Notes under the pieces: generated by a model
The model's input: only the letters and a program-made list of their open reading frames with translations
What the model was told of the DNA's origin: nothing
The model's database searches: none
Shown here: piece after piece, positions 1-9,800 of the stretch
Layout: each line of letters starts with the position of its first letter
Numbering within the stretch: the first letter of the stretch is position 1
Position numbers and translations under genes: made by a program
Assembly (NCBI GenBank): GCA_030704615.1
Contig: JAKLZA010000236.1
Coordinates: 1-17,000 of the forward strand
Source of the DNA: Takakia lepidozioides
Lineage: Eukaryota; Plantae; Bryophyta
Direction: 5' to 3'
DNA length: 17,000 nucleotides

Positions 1-493
1 TACGCGGATTTCATGAGCGGACTCCTCCAAATTTGGAAATGCGGCAGATTAAACAAGTATTAAAATAATAGTTTTTTATTTGACCTTGCCGTTTTTGGAC
101 GTTCCAGATCATGTAATGCGGCGAAGATATGTCGTCAGTAACAAGTCCGCTCATGGTTTTTTAGATCCGCTCATGGAAATAAGTGACCGTGCAACGGGAA
201 ATCCAGTATACCACTGCAAAAGGACGTCGCATACTGGCCTGTATAGAGTATTCCGCGGTTTTACATGCCTTAACATTGGAATGAAGCTGACCCTTTTGCC
301 GCGATTGAACCAATGGAGTCTGCACCAATACAGTCTGCAGTACTTCACAATTCTGTCTTCTTCGGGTATTCGGCGGGAAAGGTTTGCAACTGAACTGGGA
401 AATAGGGTGCCGCATTAGGGTTCGCACGTGCGAAATTTCGGAGCGGTTTGGTGTTGGCAAAGGCCGCCTCTGGGGGTACCTACGACGATACTT

Positions 494-515
494 GGAAATG
501 CGGCGCCGCATTTCC
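494..515. repeat. Perfect 22-bp palindrome GGAAATGCGGCGCCGCATTTCC downstream of the transposase
   Basis: Read directly; same motif as in the arrays. Degenerate or half copies at about 35-46 and 397-416. Confidence 0.9.
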
Positions 516-767
516 TTGTCGGAGGTCGAATGAGGAAAGCAAGTTTTCGGAAAGCAGAAAAAACATGAACCCTCCAACATACAAAAATACATGCACGTGG
601 AAACAAGTGAACGATATAGTAATATCTTAGTTCGAGCAAAACAGGTTACTGGTAGGCAAGACATATGTCGGACCTTTGTGTGGCCAGAGTCTGAGGTACT
701 GGCAGCAGTACAGTTCTACTATCCGAAAAGGATGGGCGTACCATTGTATGTGGACCGCAAGCCAAGC

Positions 768-3700
768 TCATTGGTCCCCTGGATCCATATTCAGAAGAGT
801 GTCAACCTCCTGGGGGCTCAACCCTGGTGCATGTATGAAGTGATGAGTTGTGGAATTACAACGGAGTCTCTTTAGGTACACGTAGTACAAATGCTTGCAA
901 GGGCAGTATGATGCCCCCTTGTTCGCCATGATCTGGAAGTCGGTGCAATTGCAGGTGGGTAATTCTGAAATGGTGATGGTGTACACCTCATTGCGAACAG
1001 CTGAGCCCGCCGTGGCCATTTGATACACACGCCCGAATCCTGGTGGGGGCACTTCTGTCGAGCTCTGGATTGTACAGTTCATCCGAAGTGCATTCCCCAT
1101 CCTTGTCTCGTTCACTTTTGAGGGAGGTCGCCGCCTCTTCGGTTTCCCCCAACGGTGTGTAGGATGCTTAGAGCTGTCGTGTCCCATTGTTCTTGCTCTC
1201 ACAGGGGTCGGTGGTGGAGGCTGTGGAAGCGGAAATGGTTCTGGGGACGTCAGTGCGCTGCACCATCCGAATCCTGCGGCGGTAAGGGCGTCGGCCTCAA
1301 CCTGACTCAGATCGCAGCCTGGTTCCACCGGCCACACCAGGGGAGCCTCTGGCATTGTTTGTATGCCGTACTTGGGCTTTCCATACACGCAAGTCATAAT
1401 GTCGTGCCTGCAGAACCAGAACTGGGTGGTTGTCGCCTCCGCAAACTTTGCATGGACAAATCTTCCTGTAAAAGTAGGAGCAGGGACAGCCCCATCTGGA
1501 TTCCTCCTTATCATCTCTAAACAACGTTGCCGTGTATCCACACGAATTGCGGAACACCTTCCTCGAAACGACGGCTTTGTGCGAGCAATTCTCCACTGTG
1601 ATGCAGACACAGTCGTCTCCACAATGGCTTGGCCATACTGCATAACAGCGGGCGGAATGTGGGGCAAGGGAGCGGTGGGAATTTGTTGCACGAAATCCCC
1701 GGTTGAAGGCGACGGCGATCTGGAATTTCTTGGGCTTCCACTTGGAAGACACATTGTGCGGCAACATGACGGGACCTCGAGGTGCTGTCCGAATGTTCCT
1801 GTCGGATCTCCAGGAATCCTCTTCGCACCCGGGTTCCTCTTCAATCCTCCGCCTGACAGGGCGAGTCCGGACGTCCCCCTCTAGGTGTTCACCTCTGCGG
1901 TGCAGAGGCGTCCCTTTGATCTTCTCTCGCAATGCTGTCGCCCATTTCACTGGATTCTTGGACCTCGAAGCTGTTCGTACCAACAATTCCTCCCTGTCCG
2001 GCCCAAAGCCCCATTGTTTGCCGCTCAGGAACTTGTAGTACGTGGCTTGCTGCATGATTGCTCTGTCGATGTCCTCCGTTGTGGCCGTCACTACGTCCAC
2101 CAGATGTGCGGCAGAAGACGCTCGCCAGGAGGAGTGGACCGATTCTGCCATATTCGTGTTCGGCATGTCCGTGTCGGAATCCAAGCACCGCTCCTAGAAG
2201 GACACAAACAATGGTGAGGGACCAATCGAAATGTCCGTAACAGAAAGACAAATGAACGAAATTGACAGCAGCCTACCTCCCGCATGTACTGTCCGAACTG
2301 TCGATACCGAAAATGCCACCACCCCAACCAGCTGTGCAATGCTCCCAGATTGGTTGTCTCCACTGCACCTGACGTGTTCCACCAAGCCTCGATGATAGCA
2401 AACTTAACCTCCGCGTCATCAAATGTGGGTGCATCCTTCCACGCCGTACAAAGGACACGGTGTTCAGCCTGGAATGAGCTAGCAACAAATTTGGTAGTGT
2501 AGTGGGATAGACTCTGCATCCAATGGAATCCACAGGATCTCTCTTTCCCCTCCATTGGAACATTGGGGTCCTCACCGTACACACGCCGCACCGCTGCCCA
2601 GTTGGCCTGAGCGTTGTCTGCCATGAATCCCCTGAAATTGGGCTCTGGCAATCCCGCCCTTGCCATCTGCTCGTTTATGCCCTCCCACAGATGCATCTCG
2701 GACTGTGTGTCCTCCCCTTTCATCTCGCAGATTGCAATCGTCATGAGCCTCTTGGAGTGATAGTCATAAACATGCGCACCCATAGTCACCCACTGATGGT
2801 TTGTAATTCGCTTGATGTGATCAAACATCACCCAAGCATTCGACAAGTTTCCAGTTGTCATGCGAGTGACCAAGTCGACTCCACTCCCAGGCCCACACGT
2901 CGACATTTTGAAAATGTAACAACGATCGGATTCGCTGCCTTGCCCTGGAAACCTGCTACCTTGGATGTAGTCATATCCAGTCATTCGTTTCACCTCCAGG
3001 ATTGAGTACATGTCCGACCCCCTGCCGAACTCCTGCTTGCAAGATACGATGTGATTCCGCACATTCGGACTACAAACGTGCGAGACGGACTCCAAGAGGT
3101 CACGCATCTCGTCTTCGGTCAAGGGCTCTCGGTCGGAACCATCTTCAGACATGATTTTGCCAAGAGCAATCTTGTGGGCTGCCTTCAGCTGAATCTGCTT
3201 TGGTCTGGCTCGGGGCTCAATTTCACCTCCTCTTTTATGATGTCGTGTGCTTCCTGCACAGCCTCACGCATGTTGCCTCTCGCCAAGGGGTGGCAGTGGA
3301 CCCCAACGTGTATGCAAGCTCTAGTCAAGTCCGGGAGCAAATGGATAACGTAATATTGCTTGGCTCTGCACATGGACATGCACGTGGTGGTTCTTTGCAA
3401 TGTGCACACTTGAAAGAACCCGCAGGAGCTTGGCTGGAGACAATGAATGGATGATGCGTTGTGCCAGTCCAATCCGTCTCGTTTCTCCGCCCTCCTTTGG
3501 AGAGAAAGTGGAAGCAGGTGGGATTGAGGCACCTCAGCTTCCCCGCACAGAGGACATATCGTACACGAACACCATCAGCAATTTTCGTGCTACTGGTCTT
3601 CGTCACACACCAGGGGTGTCCGTCATGCTTTCGATCCATGTCTGTTAACATCCCGGAGGCTTTCTTTGACGAAGAAACAGGTGGAAACTCGAAGATGACA

Positions 3701-3960
3701 TTGCCATCGACTTCGGGAGGCAGAAACGTTACCTTTCTGACTGGGAATTTGGCATAGTCGAGAGCAGCCAGCTCGGAGCGAGAACCATCGAGGTGATGTT
3801 GTCGTAGGAGCTGCACAATGGACCGGGTTGGAGTTATGCTCGAGGGCACATTCGTAGCACCTACAGAGACGTCCATGCCGGATTTGAACGACCGTGTGGA
3901 GGACATGGGTACCTCAATGCAATCATCTTCCTCGTAAGTCGAAGTGTCGATCACGTACAC
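768..3960 (-). CDS. MULE/Mutator-like DDE transposase with N-terminal GCM-like domain and C-terminal SWIM zinc finger (spliced, frameshifted in this sequence)
   Basis: Joined from ORFs 3325-3960, 3185-3532, 2091-3152, 1297-2184 and 768-1844. Motifs: WVMFDHIKR (D at 2820-2822), GFMADNAQANWAAVRRVY (D at 2616-2618), SCGFHW (CxxH, 2523-2534), PNTNMAESVHSSW (E at 2143-2145), SWIM CNC-x16-CKH. GT-AG intron 2276..2194 restores the frame. Frameshifts near 3380, 3210 and about 1750. True start is probably further upstream. Confidence 0.85.
870..990 (-). other. SWIM zinc finger of the transposase
   Basis: VYTITISELPTCNCTDFQIMANKGASYCPCKHLYYVY fits the SWIM pattern CxC-xn-CxH. Confidence 0.9.
2194..2276 (-). 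other. Spliceosomal intron (83 bp, phase 0) in the transposase
   Basis: GAG|GTAGGC...CCTTCTAG|GAG joins QYMRE to ERCLDSDTDMPNTNMAES in frame, linking the second D and CxxH to the catalytic E. Confidence 0.85.
3285..3625 (-). other. GCM-like (WRKY-GCM1 superfamily) zinc DNA-binding domain of the transposase
   Basis: DGHPW...RYVLCAGKLRCLNPTC...FKCAHC...C.AKQYY...CIHVGVHCHP matches the order of GCM residues W...CxG...C...C...CxxC...C...GxHxHP. One frameshift near 3380. Confidence 0.7.
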
Positions 3961-4039
3961 GAGAAGCTATGGAGGGTCTTGACGGTCCAGGTCGGGAATG
4001 ATTATCGTTGCATACCTCTCTGTTGGCAGTGGCCGCCTC

Positions 4040-4530
4040 TCAGTTTCCGGACTCCTTTGTGGATGGTGTGGGCAGCGACTGATTCGGAAGGGAATGGGCA
4101 TTCCACAGCTCGGTACAGGATGGTGTCTGACGGGGAACGTGCCATTCGATTCCGCAACCTCCGTCGTTACCTAGCACGACAATGGTCTCGTCAACCTGTC
4201 CAGGAACATCCTTCCTTTCTTCTTCCAAATAAACTGTGCCCGGTTTGAGCTTGAATTTGGAACAAAGGTAAGTTTCAGTCACTCTGCAAAGTCCTCCCTC
4301 GTTTGGGATCCAGGCTCTCCCAAGTTGCGGAGGACAGCAAACTATAGCGTAGGAATTCGGAGCCATCGAACACCGCACGGAGTTGGCAAGTGCGAGGTTC
4401 AGTATAGCGACAGACCAAGGCTCACAGCACCATCTAAGTGGATCTGGGAGTCCATCGACGATTGGAAGTGCACATTGAAGTGGAAAGTATTGTTTCAAGC
4501 TACATGCATGAAGGTGGGAGGTTGATTCCA
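4040..4530 (-). CDS. Possible 5' exon or N-terminal part of the transposase gene, function unknown
   Basis: Non-repetitive open frame (part of ORF 4040-4927, MESTSHLHACSLKQY...) directly upstream of and co-oriented with the transposase. The junction at about 3967-4040 is ambiguous (TAG at 3969-3967 could be a stop or a splice acceptor). Confidence 0.35.
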
Positions 4531-4789
4531 TAGCCAGTGAGTATGACAATGATGGCCGATTCGGCGACGAAATAACATCTCCTGACAGTTCTCCTGAGGG
4601 TGGATCCAGCAGTATTCTCGGTGCAGACAGGAACGTTCGCACTGACAAGTGCCAGGACTGCTGGTTAAAACTGTCAGACAACCAAGTTGTGCTCATCAAG
4701 ACTGGCCGCAATTGTGTTGTTTCGGAACAATGCAACCCATTCAGGTTCCAGATTTCCCGTCCCGAGTGATTCTTTCGATTGCTGGTGGA

Positions 4790-6512
4790 CGAAAATACGG
4801 CGCCGCATTTCCGTATTGCATCTTGGTCATGCACCAGAGCGACGGAAATGCGGCACCGAGTTTCCGTCCGGGGGAAACCTTTATACTCTCCAGAACGGAA
4901 ATGCGGTAACGCATTTCCATCCAGCAAGCACGGTATGTGAAGGTCGAACGGAAATGCGGTACCGCATTTCCGTTTCGTTCTGATTGAGATTTATGAACAA
5001 CGGGAACAGAAATGCGGCACCGCATTTCCGTCCGAGTCGCACTTTCCGACATTCAGAACGGAAAAGCGCCGCCGCATTTCCATTTTGTATCTGATGCATG
5101 GAGCTGAGGGATTGAAATGCTGCAGCACATTTCCGTCCTTAAAAGACATTCATACTCTCCAGAACGGAAATGCGGTACCGCATTTTCATCCACAAGCACG
5201 GTATGTGAAGGTGGACGGAAATGCGAGGAATGGAACGGACAATGACGGTACCGCATTTCCGTTTTGATTGAGATTTACGAACAACGGGACAGAAATGCGG
5301 CACCGCATTTCCGTCCGAGTCGCACTTTTCGACATTCCAGAACGGAAATGCGGGCCGCATTTCCATTTGTATCTGATGACATGAGACCGAGTGCGATTCC
5401 GACAGCTTCATACAGCGCAATTCCGACCACTTGAGACATTCATACTATCCAGAACGGAAATGCGGCAACGCATTTCCGTTTGACTGAAAATCGTGAACCA
5501 TCTGAACTAAAATGCGGCACCGTATTTCCATCCGAGTCGCACCTACCAACATTTCAGAACGGAAATGCGGTACCGCATTTCCGTTTCTGACTGAAAATCG
5601 TGAACCGTCGGAACTGAAATGCGGCAACGCATTTCCATCCGAGTCGCACCTCCCAACATTCCAGAACGGAATGTATTAGATTCAAAAGGGAAATGCGGCA
5701 CCGCATTTCCGTTCTGATGAAATATCCTGAAACCTCGGAACTGAAATGCGGTACCGCATTCCCGTGGGAGTCGCACCTTCGACTTCCAAACGGAAATGCG
5801 GCGCCGCATTTCCGTTTTGTATGTGAGGCATGGAGCTGTGGAACGAAAATGCGGCACGGAATTTCCGCCAGCGTCAGACGTAATACTCTACCGAACGGAA
5901 ATGCGGTACCGCATTTCCATTCTGACTGAAAATCATGCGCAACGGGAACAGAAATCCGGCACCGCATTTCGTTCGAGTCGCACCTTCCGACATTCTAGAA
6001 CGGAAATGCGGCGCCGCATTTCCGTTTTGTATATTGGGCCTGGAGCTGTGCTACGAAAATGTGTACCCGCATTTCCATCCATGTGAGACCTCAAACTTTC
6101 CGGACCGGAAAATGCGGCACCGCATTTCTGTCCAGGTGAGACCTCTATACTTCCGAACGCGAAATGTGGCACGGCATTTCCATTCATCATTAACGGATGT
6201 GAAGTGGGAACGGAAATGCGGTACCGCATTTCCGTCACATTGAAAATCATGAACCATGGAACTGAAATGTTGTGCCTCATTCCCGTCCCAATCGACACCT
6301 TTCTTTGACATTCCAGAACGGAAATGCGGCGCCGCATTCCTTTGAATCTCATACTTGGAAGCTGTGGGACGGAAATGCGGCACCGTATTTCCGTTCAACA
6401 ACTACGTATGTGAAGGTGGAACGGAAATGTGGTGCCGCATGTTCTTCCAACACGTACGGGATGTGTAGCCCCAGAAGTGATCGTACTTAACGGAAAGCGG
6501 CGCCGCCTTCGC
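4790..6512. repeat. Array of about 30 copies of palindrome GGAAATGCGGYRCCGCATTTCC at about 52-53 bp period, with higher-order repeated spacers, in the divergent intergenic region
   Basis: Copies start at about 4843, 4897, 4950, 5008, 5060, 5113, 5166, 5291, 5344, 5456, 5508, 5561, 5615, 5689, 5742, 5792, 5845, 5897, 5950, 6002, 6055, 6108, 6160, 6212, 6320, 6371, 6423. Spacer families recur (e.g. GTCCGAGTCGCAC..., TTTTGTAT...GGAGCTG, TGACTGAAAATC...). Confidence 0.95.
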
Positions 6513-6856
6513 ATTTTCGCTCCAACGGATCACGACGCTGGGACGAAATACCTTGAAATGTGAACAGTGGAGCAACGGAATTGCTGCCACATGTCGGCAC
6601 TCTATCTGACTGAAGGGCATGAGGCGGCGCGGCCTGACCGTTCGATCATGATGTTTGTTTTTCGGACGGCAGGCGTACCCCCAACGATTCGAATACGATT
6701 CGAATGTTTGTTTTTTTTCGGACGGGGGGGCGTAACCCCAATTGCCCTTTTCCCTCTCTCTGTTCTTCTTATGCTCGAACCTGAGAGGGGGGAGTTCGTG
6801 CACCAGCCAGGAGACCTCGTCGCAAGCTCCGGAAATTATACTTCGGACGTAGGCCA

Positions 6857-9800
6857 ATGCCGAAGGGGAGGAAGCAGATGCGTCTACAGGGAGATTGCCA
6901 TCTCCGAGCAGCAGGCCACTCAGGCAACCCAGCCACCAGTGAGAGCTCCATGCGATCGGGCTGCGCGCAGCTGATCGAGCACCGAACCCCCCATTTTGCT
7001 TCTGTAATTCTTAGACTGAATGCTAGGAGACTTGAATGCAGAACATGTTTGCATGCCTAACAGGAAAGGTGGACGTGCTGGAGGGATCGCAGGAATCCGA
7101 AGAGCCGCAGGAAGAGTCCGAGGAGCTAGCTGCAGCACGTACACCCACCCGATCCCCGAGCGCGGGTATTCCTGCCGGGCCTAGCCCTCTGCGATTCAAA
7201 GACGCGTCTTCGAAGGGCAAGTTCAAAGTCCCAGAGATCGACTCGCGTTCTTCGGTCATGGAGAATCGCCAGCAGGGGTCGGGCCCTTCTCCAGCAAAGT
7301 CGAAGAAGAAGCAGCCCGTCCCTCTACTGGCTTCTGAACCGGCTCAGGCCGATTCACCCCCCCAACGCGAATGAAGCAGCAGGGTAGAAGACAGATTCAA
7401 TTGCAGCAGACACCTTCACCTGCAAGGATGAGGAAGCAGAAGGCAATCAGGGCGACGGGCGAACAATCTCCCGCAAAACCGCTTCCACGAGCTGAAGCTC
7501 AGTTCCTGGAGGATTTCCCGCCTGCAGATGTTGGGGCCGACTCTGCTGCAGCGAAGGCAATGGGATCGACCGTTGATCTCGATTTGGTACCGGAGGAGGG
7601 TGCTGCCGCTCAACTTTCGCAGCAAGACCTCACCACCGATGAGCAAGCAGGCCCGGAGGAGGCCTCTGCAATGGCAGAATTGCCCGCAGACAGGCCCCAG
7701 AGTGCAGCTCCAGTTGAGGATGCTCCAGCTGCTCAGCCACTACCGGCACCTACAGACATGTCTCCGGAGGATTTCAAAAGTGCAGCGGATAAAATGTTGG
7801 AGGAGACACACAGTAGCATTGGCAGAGTTCTGGGCAGCAGGGTATTCCAGCGGACTCTTCGAATCCCACTCTGTCGCATGGTCTCCCTCCCATCGTCAGG
7901 CAGGCCCTTCCCGGAGATGTGGATAAGCTCAAGTTCGCATTTCGAGAAGGGTACCGTCTGGGATCGGCAGCGTTTTACGTTTCCATTGAGAATGAGGACG
8001 GCGAAACTCGTGGACCCACTGCCGATGAATTGTCAACGTGGGATACCCACTGGCACACTCGCAACACGAATTCGAGGCGACGCTGAAGGGTGATCCCGAC
8101 TTCGGCCATATGTCGGGTAAAATGTTCTTTGTGTGGGACGGGAATCACCGACTTCTCGCCTGGTGGGAGTACATCAAGCAGAACCATGCCAAGCACATTG
8201 GCTGGCATTACATGGTGGAGTGTGTCATCCTGAAGGTGAAGGCGGCAGACTCCTCCCTGCTCAAGAATGCCATGGCGGACCTCAACTCGTAAGATACTCA
8301 TACCCTCCCTAGCACGTTCGAAATGCGGTGCCGCATTTCGGTTTCCATTCTGGTTTGTTTCCGTGCTTCCGTGTACTGAACTGGAGAGTGTGCCTTGCAG
8401 GGTCACTGAGAATGCGTACGTGCATACCCACATGGCACATATGCTGTACAGGGTGAGGAAAACTGGTCTCACTGATCCGCAGATGTTTGCGGAAATGCTG
8501 GAGCCCGAGCTCATTCAGAAAGCCGTTGCAAAAACAGACCGGACATGGTATCGTCTCACTATGGATGGAATGGTGGAGGTGATATACGAAGTAAGTCGTC
8601 CTCCAATTTCCCTCTGCTCATCCTTCCCCAATTTTCAGTAATCTTTCCACATGAATCGAATGTAACGCTTCTGCATGTTTTTGTTGGCAGTCAAACATCA
8701 AGCTGGATTTGGCCCATGCCAAACGCTTCTTCATGGAAAGTGAGGGGCAGGTCAAAACGTTGCAGTCATTGACTGAGCACTTGAAGGAAGCCGGTGTCAA
8801 GTCCAGAACCAAATACAAGTCAAAGCTTGTGAAGCTGGTGGCAATTGCAGATCCGGCACTTGGAAAGGACTTCATCCCCGAGATTGCAAAACACTATTCT
8901 CGGGCCATGCAGCCGACCATGCAATTGGAGAAACTGCATCACCTCTCAACGGCATGTGTGGAGGCGAAAGAGAAGGTGAGGTTTCAATGCACTGAAGTTC
9001 CTTCCTAGCAATAGCCACTCTCTTCCAGCTCCTGACATTGGATCGGAAATGGCAGACACGGTGGCTGTCGATCTGGAATGCATCCGAGAGCATAAGGACA
9101 ATGTGGTCTTTTCCACTGGAAGTTTCCGACCCTGCAGTGGATGTGTGGCTCAACCGTATGACTTGGTGGTTCCAGGTAATTCAAGGTACTTCCCCATTTT
9201 TGCTTTTCTGACATGAATTCCCTGAACTGCTACGTGACAATGCATTTGGGAATCGCAGGTAATGTCGAATGCGAAGGAGCAAGTCGTAATGCACACAAAT
9301 TCGTTCGGCTTGTACGTCAAATGGGATGGAACACAGACATTGGAAGACTACGTGACACGTTTCAGATGTGCGTACAAGGACAACCTTTTCGCCAGAGAGC
9401 TACAGACAGCAAGAAGGAGCGTGGAGTTTACACATCAGGAGGGAGCGGGGAAAGCTGCAATGCGAATTGTTTACAGGTGAAGCACAGCTGCCCTTGTATG
9501 CGAAGCCTGGTTACGAGGTTTGTCTCGGAAATGCGGCACCGCATTCGCATTTTATGTTTTCGGTGGCACTCTGCCAGTAGGTTGGTCTCAACTTTTGCTC
9601 ACGCATGCTGACTGCCTTGCAGGTATATGAAATACGTGCTCCTTCAGACAGGGGCCCTGGCTCAAGAGCCCCCGTTCTTCATGGCTTGGACCGTGGCGGG
9701 CCCAAGCTGTGTCTACACACCCGAGATGCAGAAACAATGGCATCCCGCGCATCTCGTTGGATGCCCGTGGTACCTGGACATGTCTGGCGGTATTGTTGAC

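Noticed and set aside
397-425. Terminal inverted repeat pairing with 15011-15030 (TAGGGTGCC-like match)
   Set aside because: The match is too short and gapped and no TSD was seen; the left sequence is better explained as a degenerate palindrome copy.
1155-3757. Plus-strand ORFs overlapping the transposase, and minus-strand ORFs overlapping the cargo gene (e.g. 10056-10781)
   Set aside because: Antisense shadows of motif-bearing genes on the opposite strand, with no recognisable motifs of their own.
4649-6490. Many ORFs with repeated EMRxRIS / GNAxPHF / KCGxAFP peptides (also 12208-13039)
   Set aside because: These are translations of the DNA palindrome in all six frames, with no evidence of coding function.
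4790-6512. CRISPR array (palindromic repeat with about 30-bp spacers)
   Set aside because: Spacers recur in families rather than being unique, repeats are degenerate and also dispersed in introns, no cas genes are present, and the context is eukaryotic.
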